From NCBI GenBank assembly GCA_964016885.1, contig OZ024741.1, positions 290,284,001 through 290,348,000 of the forward strand: a stretch of DNA of 64,000 bases, given 5' to 3'. A program made the translations under genes and the position numbers. Shown here in pieces: positions 1 to 12,463 of this stretch; position 1 is the first letter of the stretch; each line of letters begins with the position of its first letter. The notes below the pieces were generated by a model. That model made no database searches. It was not told where the DNA came from and saw only the letters and a list, made by a program, of their open reading frames with translations. Origin of the DNA: Eledone cirrhosa. Taxonomy: Eukaryota.

Positions 1-111
1 GGATGAAAGGCAAAGTTAACCTCGATTGGATTTGAACTCAGATCGTAAAGGGCCGTAACTCTATGCTGCAAAGCATGGCGTCCGACCTTCTACCGATACT
101 GCCAATCGACC
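1..111 (-). mobile_element. tRNA-derived SINE (main family), cut by window edge
   Basis: Reverse complement carries A-box TGGCAGTATCGG, B-box-like GAGTTCAAATCC and 'gttaactttgcctttcatcc', as in copies at 19855 and 52150. Confidence 0.85.
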
Positions 112-1020
112 GTACTTAGTCAGCAACAAATAATTGTTTCTACAGTCAGCAACAAATAATGATACTAATTTCGTTTATTTATTTACCAAGGACACTTGCA
201 AATATCTTTATTTATACATTCAAAGCATGAAACAATAAAAAAAAGTCTGTTGGAAAATATCTGGGGTGAGAAAAAACAAATTATATAAAAATTAGGGGAA
301 AGAGTGTAAATCGCTCTACTCTAAATGTATCTCTAAATATAGATGCAGCATACAAGGTATAAAATAGAATAATCAAAATATTATAATAAAATACACACAC
401 ACACTAAACTAATTTTACAGAAAAAGGTGCAACACCGATATATATATATGTAAGAAGCTGCCATCTATGCTGTTCAAGGCACCGTGCAAACATCATTTCG
501 CAAGAAAAATAACAATTTAAACAAACAGAAAAGTGTAATTTGAAGGAAATGTTTTTAGCAGGTGGAGTATGACAACAATGAGGCTCTCTAAACCAATCTG
601 TAAGAAAATCAGTAGAATAATAACAAGAAGAACGACGATGATGACGACGAGGACAGCAGCTCAAAAGAAAAAAAATACAAGCAAACAGTTGAGTAAAATG
701 GAGTGAAATGAATATAATCCAAAGATCCACAGAGGAATGTTGCACTTAGTTTAGTTTTAAAGCATAGAATTGGAACGGACGAACTCTTTAGATAAAGGAC
801 ATTGAATTTAATGATAAACAACGTCGAAGTACAAAATTAGATTCCAACACAGCAGTGCAAAACCAGCCTTGCTCTCATCATGTATTTTAACTTCTCAAAT
901 TAAAAGCAACAATGGCCGACGGCATTGCAATAATTTTTTGTAAAAAATCAAAGAGAAATTGACCAAATTGTCTTCATTTTCATCTGTTAATCATCAACGT
1001 TGTAAATAGTTTGTATTTTC

Positions 1021-1076
<56 letters not shown>

Positions 1077-1544
1077 AATTTCCTTATTTCTTTTCTTTCT
1101 TCCTTTCTTTTTCTTTTCCTTTCCTATAACTAACTCTCTTCCCACTTTTTTTTTCTTGCCTTTCATCGTTTGTTTCTTTCATTTTGCTTTCTTTTTCTCT
1201 ATCACTTTTTCCTTCTCCATTTTATTCTTTGTTTACATTTTTCATTCTTTTTCCCTCTATACTTCCTTCTTTCTCTCTTTATTTCTTGTTCCTTCATTTA
1301 GATATTTTCTTCTTTCTTCTATTTACATTGAAAACATTTTAAAGAGCTTTTTAGTTTTTTATTTGTTAATTGTTTATTTCTTCATATTTGACATGTTATT
1401 TATTTTTAACAATGCTTTATGTTCTATTCCAAGAATCTCGAGGAATTTCAGAATTTCAGAGAATTTCAGTATCCATTGGAAAGTGTTTAAGTCTGTGTGC
1501 TGGTGTCTTGTATTGTTACTGATTTAGTCATCATCAGCGTCTTT

Positions 1545-1693
1545 AATATATACATACATGCATACATACATACATACATACATACAAACATACATACATA
1601 CATACATACATACATACATACATACATACATACATACATACATACATACATTCGTACATACGTGCCAGCAAACATAAATACATACGTGCATAC

Positions 1694-1760
<67 letters not shown>

Positions 1761-1883
1761 ATGGTGGTTCCCCAGCATGGTCTCAGCCTGTCAACTGAAG
1801 CACATAACTGAGTAATACATACATACATACATACATACATACATACATACATACATACATACATACATACATACATACATACA
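1545..1883. repeat. (TACA)n/(TA)n microsatellite complex
   Basis: Direct reading of tandem tetra- and dinucleotide repeats. Confidence 0.95.
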
Positions 1884-2394
1884 CAAACAAACGACGAAGA
1901 ATATATTGAGACAGATGGCACTAAGGAATACTGGTGGAACCTGAAAATAGAAACTGCCACCAAATTAAAGCACAACCGGCCTGATATGTTGTTTGGGACC
2001 ACACATTGAAAACGTGTTCTGTTGTAGAGATCAGCTGCCCACTTGATGTAAACGTTGTCAGAAAAATACAGGAGAAGGAGGACATCTACGGACCATTGAT
2101 GACGAGTTTACAAATCCAGTATCCAAGATACACCTTTAGCTTCATACCCATCATTATTGGAGCTACGGGTTATATACCAACCCGCTTGGACCAAAGTATG
2201 ACTGAACTTGGATTTGCGGACAAAAAGCGCAGCTCCCTAATTCATAGTCTACAAATGGCTGCGATAGCTGGCACCTTCAAAATTTGCAAAACATTCTTGT
2301 GATTCAAGGGATGACAACTTCTTTTCTTTTACAACCTTGCCACCAGGAAGGTGGCCGGTCAAAAAATATACTCGAAATTAAGAGAAAGAGATAA
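1884..2394 (+). mobile_element. 5'-truncated RLE-type non-LTR retrotransposon 3' end (R4/Dong-like), copy 1
   Basis: Translates across a frameshift as EYWWNLKIETATKLKHNRPD..VWDHTLKTCSVVEISCPLDVNVVRKIQEKEDIYGPL..FIPIIIGATG: the RPD..E..K..Y restriction-like endonuclease of R4/Dong elements. Short 3' UTR, flanked by (TACA)n on both sides. Confidence 0.8.
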
Positions 2395-2461
2395 CATACA
2401 TACATACATACATACATACATACATACATACATACATACATACATACATACATACATACAT

Positions 2462-2924
2462 ACTAAGGAATACTAGTGGAACCTGAAAATAAAAACTACC
2501 ACCAAATTAAAGAACAACCGGCCTGATATTGTTGTTTGGGACCACACATTGAAAACGTTTTCTGTTGTGGAGATCAGCTGCCCACTTGTGTAAACGTTGT
2601 CAGAAATATACAGGAGAAGGAGGACATCTACGGACCATTGATGAGGAGTTTACAAATTCAGTATCCAAGATACACCTTTAGCTTCATACCCATCATTATT
2701 GGAGCTACGGGTTATATACCAACCCGCTTGGACCAAAGTATAACTGAACTTGGATTTGCGGACAAAGAGCGCAGCTCCCTAATTCATAGTCTACAAATGG
2801 CTGCGATAGCTGGCACCTTCAAAATTTGCAAAACATTTTGCGATTCAAGGGATGACAATTTCTTTTCTTTTACCACCTTGCCACCAGGAAGGTGGCCGGT
2901 CAAAAAATTAAGAGAAAGAGATAA
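2462..2924 (+). mobile_element. R4/Dong-like RLE retrotransposon 3' end, copy 2
   Basis: Closely similar to copy 1, same 3' terminus 'agagaaagagataa' followed by (CATA)n. Confidence 0.8.
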
Positions 2925-2940
2925 CATACATACATAGATA

Positions 2941-3495
2941 CATGGTGGCTGCCAGCTCGTTTTCGAGTACGGCCACTACTTTATATCCATGTAGGAGAAC
3001 CCATACTGATGCGCTGAACAAGTGTGACTTTTTAGTCCAGCCAGCGACTTGAAAACTCTGGTACAAACACTACACTTGTGACAATTGTTGACACATAGTG
3101 CTGGGCCCATGATACCATGTGATGACAAGTGCAGAGAGATCTCCAGATATAAAGCAATGCCTGTGCCGTGAAGCTTTTATAGTGAGCAAAGGCACTGCAC
3201 AAAGCCAGTCCCACTCTCTTAACCAAGATGATATTTACCAAAAAGAAAAACAAGTCAACATCATTGGATACCATCAGGGTTACAGGTGTTATATCAGAGT
3301 TTTCCTTCTCCTAGAATTCTGCCTTGACAAAGGCTAAGGGGTCATCTCTCCCGGTGATTTTGGATGACCATTGACTCTTAAGAGCTCCTTTGCCCTTTGA
3401 CAGGTTTTGTTTTCAGTCCTGCAGGATGTCCAAAGTCACCTTCCTCACCAAGAAACCTTGGTGGGGTTGCCAGTTTAGTCGCCACCGACCCGACC
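2941..3495. mobile_element. Non-autonomous interspersed repeat embedded in (TACA)n
   Basis: Second copy at 24090-24455 shares the left end 'catggtggctgcca'. Both are flanked by (TACA)n. No credible ORF. Confidence 0.7.
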
Positions 3496-3677
3496 ATACA
3501 TACATACATAAATACATACATACATCACACGATCAGTCTCACATTAGGAGTAGGAGACTATTCATTAAAATTACGAATATTATCTCCGAATTAACAACTA
3601 TCTAGCTGACATTTCAACCTACAATTTCGCTAAATAAAATACAACTACCTTGCATGCATTATCCTACAACTCCAGAG

Positions 3678-3881
3678 CAGGCATGTCAAACATGCGGCCC
3701 GTGGGCCAAATGCGGCCCTTTACAAGCACACCTGCGGCCCGCACAAAGGTTTTACAGCGCGAGCTTATTTTATCTTGCTAAAATTAGTCGTAATGTGCGC
3801 AACTAGTTGTCGTATGTCTCCCTCAGACAATACATATGTGACTCATATGGCCCTCGGGAGACCCTCAATTTGACATGACTG
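3678..3881. mobile_element. hAT (Charlie-like) MITE
   Basis: TIRs CAGGCATGTCAAA / TTTGACATGACTG, repeated subterminal TGCGGCCC motifs, degenerate 8-bp TSD ctccagag/ctctggag resembling the NTCTAGAN target. Confidence 0.8.
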
Positions 3882-3967
3882 CTCTGGAGCATTTTCAAAC
3901 CTAGCCGAACCCAATTTATCCCAGGTCTGAATACAGTAGATATCTTCCAGAAGATATATAGAGGAAG

Positions 3968-4123
3968 AATCGACCCTAGTACTGAACTGGTACATTTTTA
4001 TCGATTTATATGGATGAAAGGTAAAGTTGACCACGGCAGGATTTGACCACGGAGAGCAGAGAGTCGAAAGGAATACCGCAAATCAGTCTATCCGACGTTT
4101 TAACGACTCTGCAAATTGCCGCC
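3968..4123 (-). mobile_element. Older SINE copy
   Basis: 'ggatgaaaggtaaagttgacc..ggatttga' matches the SINE family in reverse orientation. Confidence 0.65.
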
Positions 4124-4763
4124 CCCACCACTTACATACTGTGAGTCGATTCTTTCCCTTTATTGTTCTCCCCTTCTTCTCTCATTTGAAAGAAATTTGA
4201 CTGTGTTCAAAGCCTGAGAAGGATGGGATCTGCAACGTTTAAACTGCCCAAGATAAGCTAGCTAACACTACAACGACCCTGCGACTCCATCAAGTGTTAT
4301 GTGATCATACATACGTACAAAATCCTCCTCATAACCATCACCAACATAATCACCATCATAGTCACTATCATCATCATCATCATCCACATACTACCATCAT
4401 TATCGCCATCATCATCATCATCATCATCATCATCATTATCATCATCATCATCATCATCATCCTCATCATAATAGTGATTTAGATGCCTTCGATATTGTTC
4501 CATAGTTATGGGTGTTAAATGCGTTACCGGCACTCCTCCCCCTCCCCCCTCCTCCTCCTCCTCCTCCTCCTCATCACCATCATCATCATCATCATCACCA
4601 TTCATCATCAACATCACCATCACCATTATTATATCTATCGGGACTTTTATTGTGCGTCCTATTTAGATTAATCCAGAAACATTGTATGACATGTTCCATT
4701 TCTACACTTAATATTCTTTCGTCAATTACTCTCACCCACTCTCGCCCCCCTCTCTCTTACACA

Positions 4764-4867
<104 letters not shown>

Positions 4868-4927
4868 CATATAAACATATGTATGTATGCTTCTATGTAT
4901 ATATACACATATACTTCTGTGTTTGTA

Positions 4928-4985
<58 letters not shown>

Positions 4986-5088
4986 AGGGATAATGAAATA
5001 GAGAGAGACCAGAAATTGCTTGTTGGATCAGTCTGCCAATTTGACTCTACGCGCACAATATCAGTCAAATGGCTCTTGCTTGTTTTTA

Positions 5089-5418
5089 TCTCCTTATAAT
5101 ATATAACCAGCAATTGTCTATCTGTCTGTCCGACAGTGGAAACACGTGCGCACGTGCGAATGTTTTTTGCGCACGCGTAGAGAGAGAGTGAGAGTGAAAG
5201 AAAGAGACAGACTTCAAGAGGGGGTTAGCGGGAGGGAGAGAGGGGGGGAATTGAGGAGTGCTACAGAAACATATATACATTTCTGTGTGTTTGTAATATA
5301 TATATATATACACGCACAGAAATATATATATATACACACAGAAATATATATACATTTCTGTGTGTGTAATATATATATATACTAGCAGAAAACCACTCGG
5401 TCGGGGGTTTTCTGCTAG
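5089..5418 (+). mobile_element. Non-autonomous Helitron-like element
   Basis: Starts A|TC with 'tctccttataatatataacc..gtctgtctgtcc' and ends with a GC hairpin plus 'tttctgCTAG|T'. Confidence 0.55.
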
Positions 5419-5689
5419 TCTATATATATAAAACTGAGGTTGTCTGTCTGTCTGTCTACTAAAACATTCGACACACATCTCCTCCTAAACCGTACATTCA
5501 AATTTCCGTAAAATTGCTACACTCATAGATGAAGGTCCGGCGGAGACATCGGTCAAAGAAATTTTCAAATCTACCCACGCCAATTGCAAAAATCGAATTT
5601 GTAATGTATTGATTTTTCAGTTCAAATGTTTAAATAGAGATGAGACACGAGTAATTTCCCTTTTATGGCGTCATTTGCTTATCTATTTA
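5419..5689 (+). mobile_element. Helitron-like 5' portion
   Basis: 'TCtatatatataaaactgag..(gtct)n' is a typical non-autonomous Helitron start, directly after the preceding CTAG end. Confidence 0.5.
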
Positions 5690-6115
5690 CTAGCAGAGGT
5701 ACCCGGCGTTGCTCGGGTATTAAATAGCAGTTATGTATACCATTTATGTCAATACTTCAGTGCTGCTTCGAAAACTATACTTTTACAAAATCATCGGCCT
5801 TTTCCAAAAGGGGGTTCCTGTCCCCAGGGGTCCCCTACTCAATATGTGCCAATTCTGAGAGTTCACATTCATCTGTAGAACAAACGTAGCCCATGTGTCA
5901 AGTTTTGTGAAAATCGGTTGCGAACTCCAGAAGTTAGGACGTTTTTTTTTGCATTGCACTGCAGTGCTTCAGTCGACTCCAAGGAAACAGTTGAAGGGGG
6001 TTATCTGCCGGGAGGCCCTATAATCAATATCTGGACAAATGAAAGTGCCCATGACCATCCGGAGTACATAATTAACCTATGTCTTAAGTTTGGTGAAAAT
6101 ATTGTAGAAATGCAT
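5690..6115 (-). mobile_element. Helitron-like 3' end and body
   Basis: Minus strand ends in hairpin cccgagcaacgccggg followed by 'tacctctgCTAG|T'. Internal 'aagttt..tgaaaat' motif occurs twice. Confidence 0.6.
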
Positions 6116-6132
6116 AAGGTTTACACCTGTGT

Positions 6133-6216
<84 letters not shown>

Positions 6217-6289
6217 ATGTATATGTATGTGTATGTTCGTCGGCGCATACGTATGTACTGGCCTAAATCTTCACTATTTACTTTTACTA

Positions 6290-6412
6290 TGTTAAGGTAA
6301 AGTTAAAATCCCGTCGAGTTTAACTTTGCCTTTCATCCTTACGGGGTCGATAAAATAAAGTACCAGTAATGTACTGAGTAATTGCTGGCCTTGTGCCAAA
6401 AGAAGAAACAAC
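6290..6412 (+). mobile_element. SINE, 3' half
   Basis: 'taactttgcctttcatccttacggggtcgataaaataaagtaccag..ggccttgtgccaaaag'. Confidence 0.8.
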
Positions 6413-6429
6413 TATTTTAATAACCTGTG

Positions 6430-6600
6430 ACTTTCGTTTTCAATTTTATTTATATCATTCTTAAACTCAGGGGCTGGAAATCATTCGGTTATTTTAAATA
6501 GAATATTAGTCTAACGACTCCATTTACACCATAAACTTGGTCTTGTCTTTGCATGAAATTGTTCTTCTCGGTCCACCGCGTCGTTATACGTCACATAAAT
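6430..6600 (+). repeat. Interspersed repeat related to 26955-27100 (probable PLE terminal-repeat relic)
   Basis: Shares 'atcattcggtt..tagaatattagtcta.cgact.ca.tt..accat..tggt...gtctttgc' with the 27-kb copy. Confidence 0.55.
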
Positions 6601-6615
6601 AGATAAGCAAATGAC

Positions 6616-6653
<38 letters not shown>

Positions 6654-6657
<4 letters not shown>

Positions 6658-6840
6658 AAAATGTTTAACCCGACGGCAGAGCTCAAGCCGTTTCGACGGC
6701 TATTTCTGGACTAAATTTAGTCCAAAAATAGCTGTCGAAACGGCTTGAGCTCTGCTGTCGGGGTTAAACATTTTCCTATTACCTTCTCTACTACCCTGGT
6801 GCGTTATGGTCCATCTGGTTCCTTACCACACCTCCTTCGT
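6654..6840. repeat. Asymmetric fold-back palindrome between (TA)n tracts
   Basis: About 60-bp arms (6654-6715 / 6716-6778) with no real spacer. The plus arm continues about 60 nt to (TA)n. Confidence 0.85.
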
Positions 6841-6969
6841 TATATATATATATATATATATATATATGGAAAGTTATATTTAAAATTGTTGGGTTACAAC
6901 TAGTAAATATTTATAACTGATATAAAAGCACTCGACAAATATTTGGAGTATATTTACAATATTAAATAA

Positions 6970-9175
6970 ATGGAATTCTTTAAGATTACTTCCTCTCTAA
7001 AAGACATACCTCTACCTAGAAACAAAGACTTTATAAAACAATTAATAGATAAATCTGACTCTTTTATAAGGAGAATCAGGTGGCGTGCATTCCACTTTGA
7101 TAAATCTAATGCAGACGAAAATGCCTCGGACTTAAACAAAGTTTTCAAATCTAAAAGAAATCCACCCCCTAACAAACTTTTATCTGACTTTGAAAACGAT
7201 ATAATTTCTATCATACAAGGGGTCAAATTCAAGAGAAACTTCAAAGGCCAGGAATATCTGAAAGGCATTAAGGATAACATTGAGAGCTTAGAGAAAACTG
7301 AGAAGATCTTGGTGAAATCTGACAAGACCAACAACCTCTATGGAGTGCGGAAAGACATGTATAATGGCCTCATACTGAAAGAGCTGAGGAAAAAGTACAA
7401 GGTAGCAGATAAGGCCGAACTTGAGAAAATGAATGTCGAAGCATCTTGTATAATGCACGAGTTGGAAATCTTGTATAATGCACGTGCCCAGGAAACCGAA
7501 GATCAATATGAAGGACCACAAGAGGAATTTTGAAAATGACTTGCCAGTTAGATTGATCGCACCTTCTAAATCGGACCTGGGCAAATTAAGCAAAAACATT
7601 CTTGACAGGGTGATACAGCAAATTAAGAACTTGGATTGTGTATCTAACCTGAGCTTGTGGAAGGGAACTGGAGAGGTTGTTGAGTGGTTTAGGCAAATTA
7701 AATATAACAATAATAATAGGTTTATTCAACTTGATATAGCTAACTATTATTCTTCTATTACCCCTAGTCTACTAAATAAGGCACTAAATTACGCATTCAA
7801 ACATACTAACCTAACTAGCAAAGAAATGCATATTATATTATCGGCTAGGAAAACTTTGATAGAATTTAATGACAAATTATGGACCAGAGCAGATAGAGAT
7901 AGCAATTTTGACATAACTATGGGATCTTCCGACTCAGCTCAGGTAACTGACCTTGTGGGCTTATTTTTAATCAATTCGCTACATAGGAAAATACCTGGTA
8001 CTACCGGAGGTTTATATAGGGATGACATGCTTTTACTTATTAATAATAATAACCCTGAACTAAATAGAAAATGTAAACAAATTACAAAATTTTTTAATTA
8101 CTTTAACCTTAAAATAGAAATTGAGAACAACCATAGAATAGTCAATTTCCTAGATATAACATTAAATCTCAACACATGTCTCCACTATCCTTTTCACAAG
8201 TTGAATGAAAACTTAAACTATGTCAACTTTAACTCTAACCACCCCAGATCTGTCAAAAACACTATAGTAAACTCAGTTCAAAAACGTATCTCTAGGATCT
8301 CGTCGAATAGAAAGATTTTCGACGAAAAGGCCCAATACTATAATGAAGCATTAGCTAGGGCAGGATATGCTGATAAGATTGTGTACATAGATAATGATAG
8401 ACAAACTAAACAAAGTAACAACTTTTTTAATTACGGCAACAACATTAACAACTATAATAGAAAGCATTACAATAATTCCAAAGGCCAAAAAAGAAATAGA
8501 ACTAGGAACATAATTTGGTTTGCCCCCCCTTTCTCACTAAACATTAAAACCCACATCGCTAAATTATTTTTCAAAGCTCTTGATAATCGCTTCCCTAGAA
8601 CACATAGGTATCACTCAATTTTCAATAGGCATACAATTAAATTAACCTACTCATCCACCAAAAATTTAGCACAAAATATTAATAGAATAAATAATAGGAA
8701 CTTAAAACCTAGTGATAATAGCATAAATAATATACAAGTTAACAAATGTAACTGTAGAGATAGATCTAAATGTCCGTTAAATAACAACTGCTTAGTTAAA
8801 AATATAGTATACAATTGTAATGTTAATACTGACTCTAATTCTTTTAACTACGTCGGTTCCACATCGACGGAATTTAAACTTCGCTATAATAACCACAAGA
8901 ATTCTTTCACAGATCCAAGTAAAAAATCTTCAACGGCACTATCAGGCGTACTCTGGCAACTTAAGCTAGATAACGTTAGATATTCGACGGCTTGGAATAT
9001 AGTCTCAAGAGGGATTCCTTTTAATTCATCCTCTGAGACATGTGACCTCTGCGCAGAGGAGATATTCTTTATACTAAAATCTAAAAATTCCCTTAACCTA
9101 CGGACAAATTTATTCAGTTGTTGCAAACATAGATTAAACTCAACGTTTAAATATAAATTTAAATTTAAAATGTAG
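6970..9175 (+). pseudogene. Naiad-type PLE reverse transcriptase / GIY-YIG endonuclease with one frameshift at about 7470-7485
   Basis: N-terminus SLKDIPLP..FIRRIRWRA; KSDKTNNLY; KDHK.NF..VRLI.P.KS.LGK.SK.ILD; RT motifs FIQLDIANYYSSI, FDITMGSSDSAQVTDLVG, GLYRDD, VNFLDITLNL; SNHP; CNCRDRSKCPLNNNC; NIVY..YVGST..FKLRYNNH; CDLCAEE; LN.R..CCKH. Confidence 0.92.
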
Positions 9176-10611
9176 TATATTTAGTTTGATTTATATTTAT
9201 ATGGGAAACTAGCCGATAAATTTTTGATTCCTAAATTTTTGATTCCTTCTTTTTATTCTTTTTTTTATTGTTTATTTTTATTTAATTTTTATTTAAACAT
9301 TCCTCATGAAAAATTAAGCTACCCTAAAAGCTGATGCTCCAAATTTTTTGAATAAACCTTACACTAGATAAACTTCTATATTAAATATTAGAACATATGT
9401 AGACCAATTTGGACATCATAAACTTTTTGAAATGATCTTTGCTAGATGTGATTTGATAGATAATTTTTGGCTTTGTCTTGTAATGAACTTGGCTATATAT
9501 TGTCAATTAACTTTGAAGGGTTGATCTTTGTGGTTTATTTTTATTTTTATTTTTTATTTTTTATTATTGTAGTATTTTATAATATTTTTTATTTTTTATT
9601 TTTATTTTTAATATCTTTAATATGTAAATTTTTAATACGTAATATTTTTTAATACGTAATATTTTTAATATGTAATATTTTTATTATGTAATATTCTTTC
9701 GTAATATTTTTTTAGTTTTCTATTTTATTATTACTTATTTTTACTTATTATTATTATTGTTATCTTTTTATTTTTTTAGTTTTGTTTCTGATATATATTT
9801 TTATTAGTATATTGAAATCTGCTCTCTATTTCTGCTTGATAGATAATCTTGTAGAGTAAAGACAGGAATAATAATACGCATATATGTATGCTCAAATGTT
9901 TATACCACATTGAGAATGTTTTCCGTGAACTTAGAGTTTGCAGAGTGAATCATGTAGATTCGCATGGATGTTTGTAGCTGTCACATAAACATATGAATTT
10001 TTTTTAAAACTAAACATAAGATAATTAATTTTCACACACTATGGATACTTGTCTCATTCAGGAATACTGATATTTGCAATATAGTGTAAGTTTTATAAAT
10101 ACTAATACATTAAAACATAGGGTTTTTACGCCTCGAATATATCTGGCTATTTTAAAATTTTTTTTTTTCTCTCGCTATTTTTTCCTCTCTCTATATTTTT
10201 TCTATATATATATATCTCCCTTACATTAATACTTGAGCTAAATAAATAAATAAATAAATAAATGTATCATTGATACATTTACTCAAAATGACCTCCCACT
10301 ACCTAATTTTCTATATATATATGTATCTATCTCTATTTCCTCTCTCTCTATATATATATATATCTCTTTCTGTTTCTTTACATGAAGCTCTTCGCTTTAT
10401 CTATCTTTCCATCTCTCTATTTTGTTCCATGCATTTCTTCTTTTTCTTCCTTTTCTTCGTTTTCTGTCTTTCTTTCTTTTTTTTTTTTTTTTTTTTTCTC
10501 TCTTTCTTTCTCTCTGTGTAAAATTTTTTCACTGCCAGCTTAAACCTCTTCAAATGGAAGTCGGTGTTATAACGGTATGTCGAATATATTTATCTATAAA
10601 ACTGTTTATAT

Positions 10612-10680
10612 TGTATTTTGTCTGAGGAAGGCATAGCATATTGTTAATATGATATCCCCGAAATATATATAATGAAATAA
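10612..10680 (+). ncRNA. Minimal type-I hammerhead ribozyme motif in PLE 3' terminal repeat
   Basis: CTGAGGA (10622), imperfect stem II gg.ata.catatt/aatatg.tat.cc, GAAA, palindromic TATA, TA. Confidence 0.6.
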
Positions 10681-10716
10681 ATATGGTTTTATAAATATAG
10701 TTTCCATTTATTTAAT

Positions 10717-10792
<76 letters not shown>

Positions 10793-11343
10793 AATATGTA
10801 TGCAAGTATATATATAAGTATGTATGTATGTATGTGTTTGAAGGAGCATGGGTTCATGTCATCGTGATCCATTGTTTATATCGTACTGTCTGTCTGTCTG
10901 TATGTCTGTCTGTCTGTATGTCTGTCTGCCTGTATGTCTGTCTGTATGTCTGTCTATTTCGTTTTCTCTCCCCATCCTCTCTCCCCATCCCTCTCACACA
11001 CTCACTCCGTCTGTCTGAGTCAGTATGTATGTGTCTGTGCACATGTGTGTCAGTGTGCGTTTCACTGCATGTGTGCATGTACGTCAGTGCCTATGTCTAT
11101 GATGAGTATATATGCTGCGTGTATATGCGTATATATATGTGTGTATGTATCTTTCTGCGTGTGTCTGTGTCTATGTCTCTGTATGTCAGTGTGTATGTCA
11201 GTGCATAGGTCTATGCGTATATATGAGTTAGTGCGTCATTCTGCGTCTGTGCGTATTTCTATGTGTTTCAGTGTGTATGTCTATGCGTATATATATACAT
11301 ATATACTTATATATATATATATGTATATATATACATATATACT

Positions 11344-11451
<108 letters not shown>

Positions 11452-11630
11452 CATTTATATATATACATATATATATACATATATATACATATATATATGT
11501 GTGAGTATGTGTATATGTGTGTGTCTGTCTATGTATGTGTGTGTGTGTGTGTGTGTGTCTATGTGTGTGTGTAGGTGTGTGTATGTGTGTAGGTGTGTAT
11601 GTGCGTGTGTGTGTGTCTGTGTGTGTGTGT

Positions 11631-11671
<41 letters not shown>

Positions 11672-11704
11672 TGTATGTGTGTGTATGTGTGTGTGTGTGT
11701 ATGT

Positions 11705-11751
<47 letters not shown>

Positions 11752-12180
11752 TGTGTTTGTGTGTGTTTGTGTGTGTGCGTAACTATCTATCTCTCCTCGA
11801 TGGTCGACTATCGTATCATTTACAACGGTTGGCTTTCTTTTTAAAAGGCAGAAAATTACCAGCCGATTGTGCTGGCTACTATTAGAGTATTATGGCACCA
11901 GATGATGGCTTCGTTTCTAACTTGTCCTATCATTGCTGGCTTTGAAACTGTCGACATGGAATATAGACGATCATTAGATGCAATTTTCTTCTTCTTCTTC
12001 TTCTTCTTCTTCTTCTTCTTCTTCTTCTTCTTCTTCTTCTTCTTCTTCTTCTTCATTTTCTTTCTTTCTTTCGTTTCTTTTTTTTTCTTCTTTCTTTGCC
12101 CGGAAGGTTTCCCGCTTTCAGCGCTGCTTTAACTTAGCTGAATAAAGACTTTCGTTTAGCATGAGCTTCTCTCTCTCTCA

Positions 12181-12279
<99 letters not shown>

Positions 12280-12431
12280 AAGATTGATAGATAGATAGAT
12301 AGAGAGAGAGAGAAAGAAAGAAAGAAAAAGACAAAGAGAGAGTTAGAGAGTTATATATATATATATATATATAACTCTCCTACTCTCTATTTGTCTCTTT
12401 CTTTCTTTCTTTCTCTCTCTCTCTCTCTCAC

Positions 12432-12463
<32 letters not shown>

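Larger units (their letters stand above)
6868..10720 (+). mobile_element. Penelope-like retroelement, Naiad-type, near full length, inserted in (TA)n
   Basis: RT + C-terminal GIY-YIG ORF, long T-rich 3' region with a hammerhead motif about 55 nt before the terminal (TA)n. (TA)n on both flanks. Confidence 0.85.

Noticed and set aside
9300-9460. SECIS element or second hammerhead downstream of the Naiad ORF
   Set aside because: No in-frame TGA in the ORF and SECIS spacing is not met. 'ctgatgc..taaa' lacks key HHR core bases
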